From Spirochaetales bacterium (lineage in GTDB: Bacteria; Spirochaetota; Spirochaetia; JABEVK01): a stretch of 37,211 bases of DNA. The notes beneath the pieces are model-generated. The model saw only the letters and a list, made by a program, of their open reading frames with translations. It did not search any database and had not been told where the DNA came from. Shown here in pieces: positions 1 through 7,942 of this stretch (its first letter is position 1; each line of letters begins with the position of its first letter). Position numbers and translations under genes: made by a program. Location of the stretch: NCBI GenBank assembly GCA_037142615.1, contig JBAXAI010000037.1, positions 1 to 37,211 of the forward strand, read 5' to 3'.

Positions 1-350
1 ACTGCCACCATCACCAAGAACGGCGGCACCCCGGTGACCAACACCTTTACGGTAATTGTCGAGCCGGTGCCTGCCGACGCCAGCGAGGCCATCACCGAAG
101 ACCAGGCAGCCGTGGTCGACTCCCTGATCCGGGGAACCAACGCCAACCTCGCCACGGTTACCGCCAGTCTGAGCCTGCCGACCACAGGCCCCAGCGGCAC
201 TTCCATCGTCTGGGCCAGCGACAACGCAGCTATCGGCGCCGACGGAACCGTGACGCGGCCGGCCGTCGGTTCTCCGGCCATCACGGTCACCCTGACTGCC
301 ACCATCACCAAGAACGGCGGCACCCCGGTGACCAACACCTTTACGGTAAT
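1..350 (+). repeat. Intragenic direct repeat, Ig-domain period 294 bp (98 aa)
   Basis: Bases 1-56 are identical to 295-350. Confidence 0.9.
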
Positions 351-1584
351 CGTCCAGCCGCAGTCTGTGTCCCCCGCCGTCTTGGGTTCCACCAAGGCCA
401 TCACGGGCTTCAGCTTCACCAGCCCAGCGGCGACCGGAACTGTCACGGACGCGACGCACACGATCGCGATAACCGTTCCCACGGGAACCAACGTCACTGG
501 ACTTGCGCCCGGGATCGTCCATACCGGTGCCAGCGTGAGCCCGGACTCGGGCGTGGCCAAGGACTTCACCAGCCCGGTGATCTACACGGTCACTGCAGCG
601 GACGGCTCGACCCAAGCCTACACGGTGACGGTGACCATCCAGGCTGGTGCTTGGACCAACTACACCACGACCAACGGCTTGGGAGACAACATAGTCCGTG
701 GTGTCTATGTGTCGGGCTCGAACATCTACGCCGCTACCGATAACGGGTTGTCTGTTTCAACCAACGCGGGCGTGAGTTGGACCAACTACACCAAGGTGCC
801 CAATGGCTTGGGAGCCAACAATGTCTACGGGGTCTACGTCTACGTATTGGGCTCGGGCTCGACCATCTACGCCGCGACCAGCGCAGGTTTGTCGGTTTCG
901 ACAACCGGGGGAGCCACCTGGATCACCAAGACCACGACGGACGGGCTAGGAAACAATGGTGTCCGGGGGGTCTTCATTTCAAACTTCAATTCGAATGGGA
1001 GGATCTTTGCCGCGACCAACGGTGGTTTGACTATTTCGAACAACAGAGGAGCTAGCTTTTACAACTACACAACGACCAATGGCTTGGGAAACAACACGGT
1101 CCAGAACGTCTACCTGACGGAATCGGGCTCGGCTTCTACCATCTACGCCGCTACTACCTCTGGTTTGTCTATTTCGACCGACGGAGGACTCCACTTTACC
1201 AACACCGCCCCCGATGGCTTCGCCTCCGGCACCACGCCAAACGCTGTCAATTGTGTCTACGTCTCAGGCTCGACCATCTACGCAGGCAGCGCCGGTGGCT
1301 TGTCGGTTTCGACCGACGCGGGTGTGAACTGGACCAGATACACGACTGCTAATGGCCTGGGAGACAACTATGTGACTGCTGTCTACGTTTCGGTCTCGGG
1401 CTCGGGCTCGACCATCTACGCAGCGACCATGGGGGGGGGCGTGTCGGTCTCGACCGACGGGGGTACCACCTGGACAAACTCCACCACGGCCAATGGCTTG
1501 GCAAGTAATACCGTCTTGGGTCTGACTGTCGTTGGCACGACCATCTACGCCGCCACGGCCGGTGGTTTGTCGGTGAGCAAATGA
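1..1584 (+). CDS. Surface/secreted protein, 5'-truncated by the window: tandem bacterial Ig-like repeats, a DUF5018-like Ig domain and a C-terminal 7-bladed Asp-box/BNR-like beta-propeller
   Basis: Frame is open from base 1 (TATITKNGGTPVTNTFTVIV). Contains an LSLPTTGPSGTSIVWAS..GTVTRP Ig repeat, a KAITGFSF..DFTSPVIYTVTAADGST domain, and seven ~45-aa repeats (YTTxNGLGxNxVxxVYVSGSTIYAATxxGLSVSTDGGxxW). Confidence 0.8.
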   Translation, partial: TATITKNGGTPVTNTFTVIVEPVPADASEAITEDQAAVVDSLIRGTNANLATVTASLSLPTTGPSGTSIVWASDNAAIGADGTVTRPAVGSPAITVTLTATITKNGGTPVTNTFTVIVQPQSVSPAVLGSTKAITGFSFTSPAATGTVTDATHTIAITVPTGTNVTGLAPGIVHTGASVSPDSGVAKDFTSPVIYTVTAADGSTQAYTVTVTIQAGAWTNYTTTNGLGDNIVRGVYVSGSNIYAATDNGLSVSTNAGVSWTNYTKVPNGLGANNVYGVYVYVLGSGSTIYAATSAGLSVSTTGGATWITKTTTDGLGNNGVRGVFISNFNSNGRIFAATNGGLTISNNRGASFYNYTTTNGLGNNTVQNVYLTESGSASTIYAATTSGLSISTDGGLHFTNTAPDGFASGTTPNAVNCVYVSGSTIYAGSAGGLSVSTDAGVNWTRYTTANGLGDNYVTAVYVSVSGSGSTIYAATMGGGVSVSTDGGTTWTNSTTANGLASNTVLGLTVVGTTIYAATAGGLSVSK

Positions 1585-1600
1585 CCGGGGGCCCAACGGA

Positions 1601-2206
1601 CTAGTCCACTGCGATCACCCCTGCTCGGATTCCCCATTTGAGGAGTTCGGCAAGGGTGGTCACGTGGAGTTTCTCCATCAGGTTGAGCCTGTATTTTTCG
1701 ACGCTTCGGGGAGAAAGTCCCAGGTCAAAGGCGATTTCTTTGCTGGTCTTGCCGTGGCCAATCAGGCGGACGAGGGTGTACTCTTGGGGGGTCAGGGAAT
1801 CGGGCGTGTCACCCACCTGTGCGACTTGGGGGCTAATGTAGGTGCGGCCCTTGAACACGTTTTCCAGGGCCAGCCGGACTTCGTCGGCGCGGGCTGTCTT
1901 GAGCAAGTACGCGTTGGCCCCGGCAGCCAGGAAAGCTTGGACCGAGGCTTGGTCTCGGCGGAACGAGAAGCCGATGATCAGGACTTGGGAAAACCGGTTC
2001 TTCACGCGGGCAGCCAGTTCGATGCCGTCGTTGGGCCCCAGACTCAAGTCGAGGAACACAACATCCGGGTGGCGGCATTCGATGTCGAACTCAAGGTTCT
2101 CGCCGGTGACGTTGGTTCCGACAACGGTCAGTCCCAAGCGGGTGAGCATGAGTTCGAGGCCCTCGAGAGTCGCTTCATGATCGTCGACGAGAAGTGCACG
2201 GATCAT
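1601..2206 (-). CDS. NarL/LuxR-family response regulator
   Basis: REC domain (LLVDDH, FLDLSL, YLLK) plus LuxR HTH (LTPQE..GKTSKEIAFDLGLSPRSVEKYRLNLMEKL). Start placed at ATG 2206, 7 nt after TATAAT (2219-2214); the ORF track starts at 2215. Confidence 0.92.
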   Translation of the reverse strand: MIRALLVDDHEATLEGLELMLTRLGLTVVGTNVTGENLEFDIECRHPDVVFLDLSLGPNDGIELAARVKNRFSQVLIIGFSFRRDQASVQAFLAAGANAYLLKTARADEVRLALENVFKGRTYISPQVAQVGDTPDSLTPQEYTLVRLIGHGKTSKEIAFDLGLSPRSVEKYRLNLMEKLHVTTLAELLKWGIRAGVIAVD

Positions 2207-2241
2207 ATTGGACATTATAGAGATAAATCAGGAGGAATGCT

Positions 2242-4041
2242 ATGGTAGTTTCGGGCGGTAGAACCCGGCGAAGTTTCCTCCTTGCCCTCTGTTGGCTCGG
2301 CCTTGCCATGCCGCTTTCCGGCCAGGAAAGGACCCTCGGCATAGGACTCTCGGTGCTGAGTGCCGCCGAACTGGCAGCCGTCGACGGCCCGACGCTCGTG
2401 TTCCAGCCTTTGGAAGCGCCGATGACGGTGACGGTCAACGGCGCGGTGGCAAAACGGACCGGCCATCAGGCTAGTCCGTATTCCAGCCGTCTGCACTGGG
2501 CCATTTTCGTGTCGTTGGAGCCCTTCGTCGTCCCGTCGCAGGACCTGAAGGTCGAGATCACACTGACGCCGGACCTCGGCGAGAGAGCCGTTCTGGGCCC
2601 GGTAAGGTTGGTCTCCCGGGACGTCGCTTCCGACCTGGTCTTCTGGCGCAACTTCTGGGGCCCTCAGGGCCTCACGGCGCTCGCCTGGGCCTCGATGGTC
2701 GTGGGTTTCTTCTCTCTGCTGGTGTACCACCTGGGTAGGGGGCTTCCTGAAAGGGAACGGAATCGGTACCTGGTGTATTTCTTCCTCACGCTGGCCTTCG
2801 CTCTTTCTTACGTCAACAATGTCCTCTCCTGGGATCTGGCTCCGACGCTGCTGCTGGAGAAGGTGTCCAGAGTCTCGATGTACTGTTGGTTCTTTTGCGC
2901 CCTTGTCGCCAACGTCGTATTCCTTCGGCCTGGCTCCGGCCCCGACCGGCGCTGGATCGCTGCTGCTGCGGCTTTTCTGGTCCCGACGGTTCTGGTGGTC
3001 TTGAGTCCGACTCTGGGGGAGGCGAACTCCTGGCACCATTTGATCGGACTGCCTCTCATGGGTCTTGCCCTCGCCCTGGTCCTTGGTCGCTCGCTGTATT
3101 GGGCCTTCAGGGCGGGTGACTGGCAGGCCTGGGTTCTCGCCGCCTTTTACCTGGCGGCTGCCGGGGCCTCTGCGGTCGATGACTGGCCGATCTACGCGCT
3201 GAGGTACAAACCTGGGGTCCTGCTGGCACCCTACGTCAATTTCTTTTCAGACTTGGCGTTCCTATGGCTGCTGGCCCACGACTTCAACGCCCGGTCCGAA
3301 ATGGCCCGCCGTCGGACCCTCGAGCTACAGACTCTGACCTCCACCTTGGAGGACCAAGTGAACGTCCGGACTTCGGAGTTGACTGAAGCCCATCACAACC
3401 TGCAATTCTTCGTTTCGGTGCTGGCCCACGACCTTCGCAATCAGGTCCACGGGTTGTCTCTTCTCGGGACTGAGACCGCCGAGGTGGTCAGGGCCACCAA
3501 CGCCGAGCCCAAAGTGGTCCGGCTGATCGACCTGATTCGGGAGTCCTCTTTGGCCACCGGTCAACAGCTCGAGAGCCTCTTGCTCTGGTCCCAGGTCAGG
3601 CTGGGACTGGTCAAGCCGGTAACAGGCCCCGAGGCGGCCGCTGACCTGCTCGGGGCCGTGGCCGCCGAGTTCCGGCCCCAGGCCCTCGCCCGGACTCTGA
3701 ACCTCACGGTCGATTCGGACGCCGAACTGGTGGTGCGGTGCGACCGCGAAATGGTCACGACCATCCTGCGGAACCTCGTGGCCAATTCGATCCGCATGAC
3801 CCCCCTCGGTGGCACCGTTTCCCTCCGGGCGGAATGGAGCGCCACAGAGATCCTCCTCTCAGTGATCGACACCGGACCGGGCTGGACGACCTCTCACGGC
3901 CCCAATTCAGGGTTCGGTCTCCAGATTGTCCGGGCCTTGGCCGAAGCCCAGGGGTTTTCCGTCGAGACGACTTCGCACCCAGGAAAGGGGACGCGCGTGG
4001 ACCTCAAGGTACCGAGGTCGAAGCCGCGCCTCGACCCCTGA
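2242..4041 (+). CDS. Membrane sensor histidine kinase (extracellular domain, ~7 TM, HisKA, HATPase)
   Basis: AGGAGG RBS at 2230-2235, signal-like N-terminus, multiple hydrophobic segments, H-box LAHDLRN, N-box ILRNLVANS, G1 DTGPG, G2 GFGL. Divergent from the response regulator. Confidence 0.88.
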   Translation: MVVSGGRTRRSFLLALCWLGLAMPLSGQERTLGIGLSVLSAAELAAVDGPTLVFQPLEAPMTVTVNGAVAKRTGHQASPYSSRLHWAIFVSLEPFVVPSQDLKVEITLTPDLGERAVLGPVRLVSRDVASDLVFWRNFWGPQGLTALAWASMVVGFFSLLVYHLGRGLPERERNRYLVYFFLTLAFALSYVNNVLSWDLAPTLLLEKVSRVSMYCWFFCALVANVVFLRPGSGPDRRWIAAAAAFLVPTVLVVLSPTLGEANSWHHLIGLPLMGLALALVLGRSLYWAFRAGDWQAWVLAAFYLAAAGASAVDDWPIYALRYKPGVLLAPYVNFFSDLAFLWLLAHDFNARSEMARRRTLELQTLTSTLEDQVNVRTSELTEAHHNLQFFVSVLAHDLRNQVHGLSLLGTETAEVVRATNAEPKVVRLIDLIRESSLATGQQLESLLLWSQVRLGLVKPVTGPEAAADLLGAVAAEFRPQALARTLNLTVDSDAELVVRCDREMVTTILRNLVANSIRMTPLGGTVSLRAEWSATEILLSVIDTGPGWTTSHGPNSGFGLQIVRALAEAQGFSVETTSHPGKGTRVDLKVPRSKPRLDP

Positions 4042-4342
4042 GGTTTCGGCAATCTCGGCGGCAGGTACGCCTCTGTCCTTCAGTCTCTGGGCGACATTGT
4101 GCAGCTGTCTGAGGCCGCCGGTCACTTCGCCTCGGGCCTCGCCAATAGCCTCACCTTCCCGCAGGGCCTCGGCTCTGACGCTTACGTAATCGTGGTGCTC
4201 CATAGATTGTCGGATCTCGTTGTAAACTTCAGGGGTAAGCTGCATATAGGCCTCCATCCGCTTCTTGGCAGAATCAAGCATCGCGATCAGTTCGGCCGAG
4301 CCGCTGGAAGCTCTGGTATCGGGTTTCTCTAAGAATCTGCCC

Positions 4343-4396
4343 GGCGACGGCCCGCTGGGCCTTACGCCCTCAGTTTCCGGACAGGCCCGAAAACTG
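4343..4396 (+). repeat. Double-hairpin REP-like element (copy inside Rpn pseudogene)
   Basis: GGCGACG-gccc gct gggc-CTTACGCC, then CAGTTTCCGGACAGGCCCGAAAACTG. Confidence 0.85.
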
Positions 4397-4582
4397 CAAA
4401 TGGTGCAACCTTGGGACCAAGTAGATTCTGCCCCGGATCGGGTAGGCGCGGCAAGCCAGTATGAGGAAGGCGAAAGTGATGCAACCACGGACCTTTCTTG
4501 GTGATCTCGTACTCAAGAAAATTGAGCGAAATGACCGGTTTCAGCGTACTGTAGTTTTCGCCTACGGGGAGCTGACGGGCGT

Positions 4583-4637
4583 GGCGACGCCGCTTCGCGT
4601 CTTACGCCCGCAGTTTTCGGACAGGTCCGAAAACTGC
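4583..4637 (+). repeat. Double-hairpin REP-like element (copy inside Rpn pseudogene)
   Basis: GGCGACG-ccgcttcgcgt-CTTACGCC, then a perfect 12-bp stem GCAGTTTTCGGA-cagg-TCCGAAAACTGC. Confidence 0.85.
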
Positions 4638-4811
4638 AACGAGTTGAGTTGCGGGTGGTTTGAACCTCGACGGTGACGATGCGACCGGTTTCATCTTCCG
4701 CCAGAATATCGACAAGGGCAATCTTTTCGCCGTCGTGGTCTGGTGCGAGTTCGCGGGGCTGGAGCTGCAACTTGTGGACCAGCGGAAGGCCGACGGCCTC
4801 GAAATGGGCAT

Positions 4812-4866
4812 GGCCACGGCGCGCTGCGCCTTAGGCCCACAGTTTCCGGGCAAGCCCGAAAACTGT
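4812..4866 (+). repeat. Double-hairpin REP-like element (copy inside Rpn pseudogene)
   Basis: GGCCACG-gcgc gct gcgc-CTTAGGCC, then ACAGTTTCCGGGCAAGCCCGAAAACTGT. Confidence 0.85.
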
Positions 4867-5064
4867 CCTTCTGTGCGTTCTAGCCCCTTGCGGCGAGTAC
4901 TGTCCTTGGTCAGTACGGCACAGTGGTACCTCGAGGTACCAGAAAGGGGAAGGGCGCGTTTTGCTTGCGGTTTGGGCGAGAAAACTTGCGGATTCTGTCG
5001 GAAGGGGCGCCTGCCCCTCACTCCAGCCTCGTCGAATCGGCAATACACAAATGGGGCAATGCGT

Positions 5065-5117
5065 GGAGTTTTCGCCTCGCGAAAACTCCGGGCGTAAGGT
5101 GCGCCAGCACCGTCGCC
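5065..5117 (-). repeat. Double-hairpin REP-like element, reverse orientation, just downstream of the intact Rpn stop
   Basis: GGAGTTTTCGC ctc GCGAAAACTCC, then GGCGTAAG-gtgc gcca gcac-CGTCGCC. Confidence 0.85.
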
Positions 5118-5128
5118 GGGGTCTTCCG

Positions 5129-5347
5129 CTACCCCCTCTTGTGGGTTGCCCTTTGGTCGTTGAGCTTCGTCACCTCAGCCAGGGGAAGCCCAGTCAATTC
5201 GGCGACTTCGGCCACGCTCATGCCACGAGCCAGGAGCGCGGTCGCGACTTCGGCCTTGGCCTCGCGGTAGCCCTCGCCTCTGACGCTGACATAATCATGG
5301 TGCTCCATGGACTCGTGGATCTCTCTGTAGACTTCAGGTTCCAGCAT
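5129..5347 (-). CDS. Predicted internally initiated small C-terminal Rpn protein (RpnS-like), 72 aa
   Basis: In-frame ATG preceded by GGAGG (GGAGG-cgtacctg-ATG). The paralogue also has GGAGG-cctat-ATG at 4245. Confidence 0.55.
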   Translation of the reverse strand: MLEPEVYREIHESMEHHDYVSVRGEGYREAKAEVATALLARGMSVAEVAELTGLPLAEVTKLNDQRATHKRG

Positions 5348-5953
5348 CAGGTACGCCTCCATCCGTTGCTTTGCGGCGCCGAGCAGAGCAACCAAATCGG
5401 CAGGGCCGTTGGCTGGGCTCGTCTCGGGCTTCTCTAGGAATCTGCCCCAAATTGCCGCCTTTTTCAACAGAGCACGACTGCCCGGCGAACGCAGGAGTTT
5501 AGGAAGTTCTACGAAGATGAACCCCAGATGAGCTGTTTGCGGCAGCCGAAAGTGATGCAGCCACGGCCCTTTCCTCGAGATTTCATACTCGAGAAAGTTG
5601 AGCGAAATAACCGGCTTCAGGGTCGTATAGTCCTCGCCTTTTGGGAGCTGGCGCGCAAACAACCTGGCCCAGTAGAACAAGGCTCTTTCGAAATACGCAG
5701 GCTTGCGTGTCGTTTGCACCTCGACGTTCACGGTCCGTCCCGTCTCGTCTTGGGCAAGAATATCAAGGATGGCGAGTTTTTCGCCGTCGTGGGTCGGTGG
5801 CAAATCGCGGGGCTGGAGCTGCAGCTTGTGGACGAGCGGAAGGCCAACGGCCTCGAAATGGGCGTTGACCAGGCTTTCCAGCAAGGGTATTCCTTCGGGT
5901 TCGCCGAAGACGTGCAGGAAGACGGAATCGTGGGTAAGCGGGGAGTAGGGCAT
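5129..5953 (-). CDS. Rpn family recombination-promoting nuclease/putative transposase (PD-(D/E)XK), 274 aa
   Basis: MPYSPLTHDSVFLHVFG N-terminus, LDILAQDETGRTVNVEVQ catalytic motif, ERALFYWARL, KPVISLNFL, FIFVELPK, and a C-terminal ALLARGMSVAEVAELTGL helix. The longer ORF-track start at 6178 runs through a terminator. Confidence 0.92.
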   Translation of the reverse strand: MPYSPLTHDSVFLHVFGEPEGIPLLESLVNAHFEAVGLPLVHKLQLQPRDLPPTHDGEKLAILDILAQDETGRTVNVEVQTTRKPAYFERALFYWARLFARQLPKGEDYTTLKPVISLNFLEYEISRKGPWLHHFRLPQTAHLGFIFVELPKLLRSPGSRALLKKAAIWGRFLEKPETSPANGPADLVALLGAAKQRMEAYLMLEPEVYREIHESMEHHDYVSVRGEGYREAKAEVATALLARGMSVAEVAELTGLPLAEVTKLNDQRATHKRG

Positions 5954-6056
5954 TTGGTACCTCTGAGGTACAAGACGGGGGAATTGGGCGGTTTGCTTGC
6001 GGCTGGGGCAAGAAATCGTGCGGATTCTGTCAGACGGGGCGCCTGCCCCTCGTTCC

Positions 6057-6097
6057 ATAACAAAAAGCCGACCCTTGGCGGGCCGGCCTTTTGTTAT
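6057..6097. terminator. Probable bidirectional intrinsic terminator
   Basis: ATAACAAAAAGCCGACCC-ttggc-GGGCCGGCCTTTTGTTAT: GC stem with A/T tracts on both sides. Confidence 0.8.
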
Positions 6098-6160
6098 TGC
6101 ACTACCCCCTCTGGGTGGTTTTCCTCTGGCTTTGGAGTTTCTCCACTTCGGGTAATCTAC

Positions 6161-6325
6161 TTCCATTGTTGGATACACGAGTCTAGCAGCGGCTTCCCGA
6201 AACCCAAGTGGATCGTTCCATTGGTGGCAATTCGGAAGGCTGTCGGTTCACTGAGCGAACTCGACAAAGCGGTGATCGACCCACTCCACGGTGATTATAG
6301 CATCCTGATGGGCAAGGACAACGAC
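6161..6325. repeat. Direct repeat copy 1 (3' end and downstream region of the DUF4258-like gene)
   Basis: Aligns with 7943-8108; 6210-6271 is identical to 7993-8054. The minus strand encodes VVVVLAHQDAIITVEWVDHRFVEFAQ*. Confidence 0.9.
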
Positions 6326-6600
6326 TACGCACGGACGCTGTTCGCTTGGCCCGGGTTTGCCCCGTCGCACCGGCAAACCACGCGGGGGGAAGTTCTCGCG
6401 GTTGGCGAACTGGGCTTTGCCGACGGCGCCAACTTGGCGCAGCTGTGGCAGCGGGTGCGCGAGCTCGGCCTGCACCTGGGCCCGGCCTGGCGGCTGGTGT
6501 ACCTCGACCAGTCCGAAGAGGTGGAGATCGAGCGCCATAAGGCACCCCGGGGTTCGATCACCGTGCTTTCACCGCGACCTTCCGACGCGGTGGTAGCGGC
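6320..6600 (+). pseudogene. Internal fragment of a conserved hypothetical protein
   Basis: NDYARTLFAWPGF..LAVGELGFADGANLAQLWQRVRELGLHL..RLVYLDQ..HKAPRGSITVLS has coding-like codon usage but no proper start; it is fused to the repeat copy. Confidence 0.45.
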
Positions 6601-6602
6601 GC

Positions 6603-7004
6603 TTACTTCGCCCTGATGCGGTTGTTCTTGGCGTTGTGCTCCAGTTCGCACAGCCCGAGCGCTTCCATCAACGGAGGCACGTAAACTCCGAATCGTCCCC
6701 GCAGTCCCTTCTTGAGGCCATACCATCCCCCCACGGGATTCGACGGATCACGACCCCACGCTTCCACCGTGCCGTCTTTGACTGGCTTCTGTTCATCGGC
6801 GCCGCCGAGGTCGACCCAGTCGCCTTTGGCCTTCAACATGGCCAGAAGGTCATCGATGCATCGGGCGTCATACGAAAGGACGGTGGTTCCCACCGTACAG
6901 ACCAGGATCTTCTTCGCGTCCTTTTCTTCGACGTGCATGGTGTAGTCCGAGGTCCCCGGAGGCGTCTTCAACTTCCAGGGGTCTGCCTTGGTTCGGTCCA
7001 GCAT
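6603..7004 (-). CDS. DUF6855-like conserved hypothetical protein
   Basis: AAAGGAG RBS. DPWKLKTPPGTSDYTM..LGGADEQKP..GTVEAWGRDPSNPVGGWYGLKKGLRGRFGVYVPPLMEALGL. Family name from recall. Confidence 0.75.
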   Translation of the reverse strand: MLDRTKADPWKLKTPPGTSDYTMHVEEKDAKKILVCTVGTTVLSYDARCIDDLLAMLKAKGDWVDLGGADEQKPVKDGTVEAWGRDPSNPVGGWYGLKKGLRGRFGVYVPPLMEALGLCELEHNAKNNRIRAK

Positions 7005-7070
7005 GGTAGCGCTCCTTTGTGGTTCTTGCGGATGAGGCTCTGAACAAGGTCCTAAGGGACAAAACGGTTG

Positions 7071-7235
7071 TCAAGCAAAGCTCTGGCCGAGACTCCTCAG
7101 GTAGTTCACGACCAGCCAGCGGGCATCCATCCGGCTCTGCTGGTAGCGCGCCCCTGGCGACGAAAGGTCTCCCACGACCTCGCCACCGAGGGTCGACAGC
7201 TGGCAAAAGCCCTCGCGCAGAAAGCGGTCACGGGT
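7071..7235 (-). pseudogene. Probable 3' remnant of an unidentified gene, cut off at a hairpin element
   Basis: Startless open frame DRFLREGFCQLSTLGGEVVGDLSSPGARYQQSRMDARWLVVNYLRSLGQSFA* whose 5' side abuts the element at 7240. Confidence 0.35.
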
Positions 7236-7239
7236 TCGT

Positions 7240-7292
7240 GGAGTTGTGGACGAAGTCTACAACTCCAGGCCTAAGGTGCTTGCGCCGTGGCC
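7240..7292 (-). repeat. Double-hairpin REP-like element
   Basis: GGAGTTGTGGAC gaa GTCTACAACTCC, then GGCCTAAG-gtgcttgcgc-CGTGGCC. Confidence 0.85.
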
Positions 7293-7329
7293 GAGCCAAA
7301 CTCGCGAGGGGAGATCGGCTGCGAAGAGC

Positions 7330-7480
7330 GGAACAATGCGGCGGCGTGATGATCAGCGTTCAACACTTCGAGGCCTCCAGCAAGATCCAAGGACAAAAGA
7401 CGGTGTCTGACTGGTTAACGGACCTACGGACTTTGGCGGCCGACGAGGGTGACCCAGAACTGCCTCGCCGCTCCGCGTGA
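7330..7480 (+). pseudogene. Remnant of a Phd/YefM-like antitoxin
   Basis: GVMISVQHFEA..TVSDWLTDLRTLAADEGDPELPRRS directly upstream of a PIN toxin fragment; the N-terminus is missing. Confidence 0.4.
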
Positions 7481-7767
7481 TAAGTCTGGAAGAACTGGTG
7501 TTTGGCTTGCGTCGGAGGGCGCTGCTCAAGAAAGAGGCGTGGCTGCGCCAAATGCTGGCCGACAAAGGAGACATCCTGCCCGTAACAGATTCCAGCGCCC
7601 ACTGGAGCGGCGAACGGCGCGCCCAACTGGAGGCCCAAGGCCGAACGGTGCACCAAGCCGATGCCCTGATCGCCGCCTGCGCGTGGGAACACGGTCTGGT
7701 TCTCGCGACCCGCAACACCATCGACTTTGAGGCCTTCGGCATCGCGCTCATCAATCCGTTTGTCTAG
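7477..7767 (+). pseudogene. vapC: VapC/PIN-domain toxin lacking its N-terminal DTN motif
   Basis: ISLEELVFG..ADALIAACAWEHGLVLATRNTIDFEAFGIALINPF is a typical PIN C-terminal two-thirds; no LDTN motif in frame upstream. Confidence 0.8.
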
Positions 7768-7942
7768 CCACGGTCGCCCTACGCCTGCAGGATCTTGGCG
7801 ACGCGCCCCCGATGGCTGTTATGCCTGCAACATTGGGGCGGCGGGTCAAATGGAGCCGCTCAAGCCTAGCCCATGGACGCGGTAAGGCTGAATACCACTA
7901 TACCTTCACGCCTAGGCTAGCCATACTGGTGGGCCTGTCTTC

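Larger units (their letters stand above)
4042..4921 (-). pseudogene. Fragmented Rpn/PD-(D/E)XK-family paralogue interrupted by three hairpin elements
   Basis: Colinear nucleotide similarity to 5129-5953 in blocks (about 4180-4342, 4455-4581, 4650-4810). Fragments read LQLQPREL..DILAEDETGRIVTVEVQ and RFLEKP..MEHHDYVSVR. The former GTG start at 4921 is followed by an in-frame TGA from a 16-bp insertion. Confidence 0.88.

Noticed and set aside
646-1584. Diversity-generating retroelement target
   Set aside because: No template repeat differing only at adenines and no reverse transcriptase; the repeats are ordinary propeller blades.
4343-4866. CRISPR-like repeat/spacer array
   Set aside because: The spacers are colinear pieces of one rpn gene, about 175-185 bp long, and the repeats vary in sequence.
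5528-6616. 362-aa plus-strand ORF
   Set aside because: It is a chimeric shadow: antisense to rpn, crosses a terminator and the direct repeat, and only its last ~90 codons look like a real gene fragment.
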